A DNA stretch of 32,000 nt from Nostoc punctiforme PCC 73102. GTDB lineage: Bacteria > Cyanobacteriota > Cyanobacteriia > Cyanobacteriales > Nostocaceae. Positions within the stretch are counted from its first letter, which is position 1. Every line of letters starts with the position of its first letter. Of the stretch, positions 31,970-32,000 are shown one piece after another. The stretch is from NCBI RefSeq assembly GCF_000020025.1, contig NC_010628.1, forward strand, positions 5,730,001 through 5,762,000. The letters run 5' to 3'. The translations under genes were made by a program, and so were the position numbers. The notes beneath the pieces are model-generated. The model searched no databases. It had not been told where the DNA came from and saw only the letters and a list, made by a program, of their open reading frames with translations.

Positions 31970-32000
31970 TCAACGAGCCAAGCTACTCTGTGTCTATGCA

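Overview
This window looks like chromosome from a filamentous heterocyst-forming cyanobacterium (Nostoc/Anabaena type). The evidence is about thirty copies of the HIP1 octamer GCGATCGC counted by eye, heptanucleotide (STRR-like) arrays in many intergenic spacers, and several families of small hairpin-forming dispersed repeats. No searches were run; all gene calls rest on motifs I recognise in the supplied translations. Core content: yjcH-like/actP acetate permease pair (0.46-2.36 kb); urea ABC transporter urtABCD (2.67-7.42 kb), with urtE displaced to 11.68 kb; a minus-strand operon of ABC-2 permease, CYP120-type P450 and a membrane protein (12.3-15.2 kb); a DedA-family gene plus membrane and secreted hypotheticals. 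Further on: a succinate-semialdehyde dehydrogenase plus acetolactate-synthase-like ThDP enzyme pair, matching the cyanobacterial 2-oxoglutarate decarboxylase TCA bypass (17.3-20.5 kb); an FHA-GAF class III nucleotide cyclase; rbgA/ylqF; a VOC protein; nnr; an M23 peptidase; tRNA-Arg(CCG). There are two accessory patches. (1) About 4.26 kb sits between urtD and urtE. It holds a MITE with a target-site duplication, a Uma2-nuclease remnant, an RTX metzincin, a small coiled-coil gene, a 10-copy 21-bp tandem array, and a Uma2 gene carrying an in-frame small-repeat insertion. (2) An AT-rich islet lies downstream of tRNA-Arg (about 27.9-31.2 kb, possibly reaching the window end). It holds a methyltransferase, a Cys-phosphatase, two 5'-truncated genes fused head-to-head into a chimeric ORF, and a decayed J-domain gene. 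I found no CRISPR array, integrase, transposase, reverse transcriptase or recognisable multi-gene defence system. The strongest second-look candidates are the repeat-driven gene remodelling events and the two accessory patches, not a clearly delineated new system.
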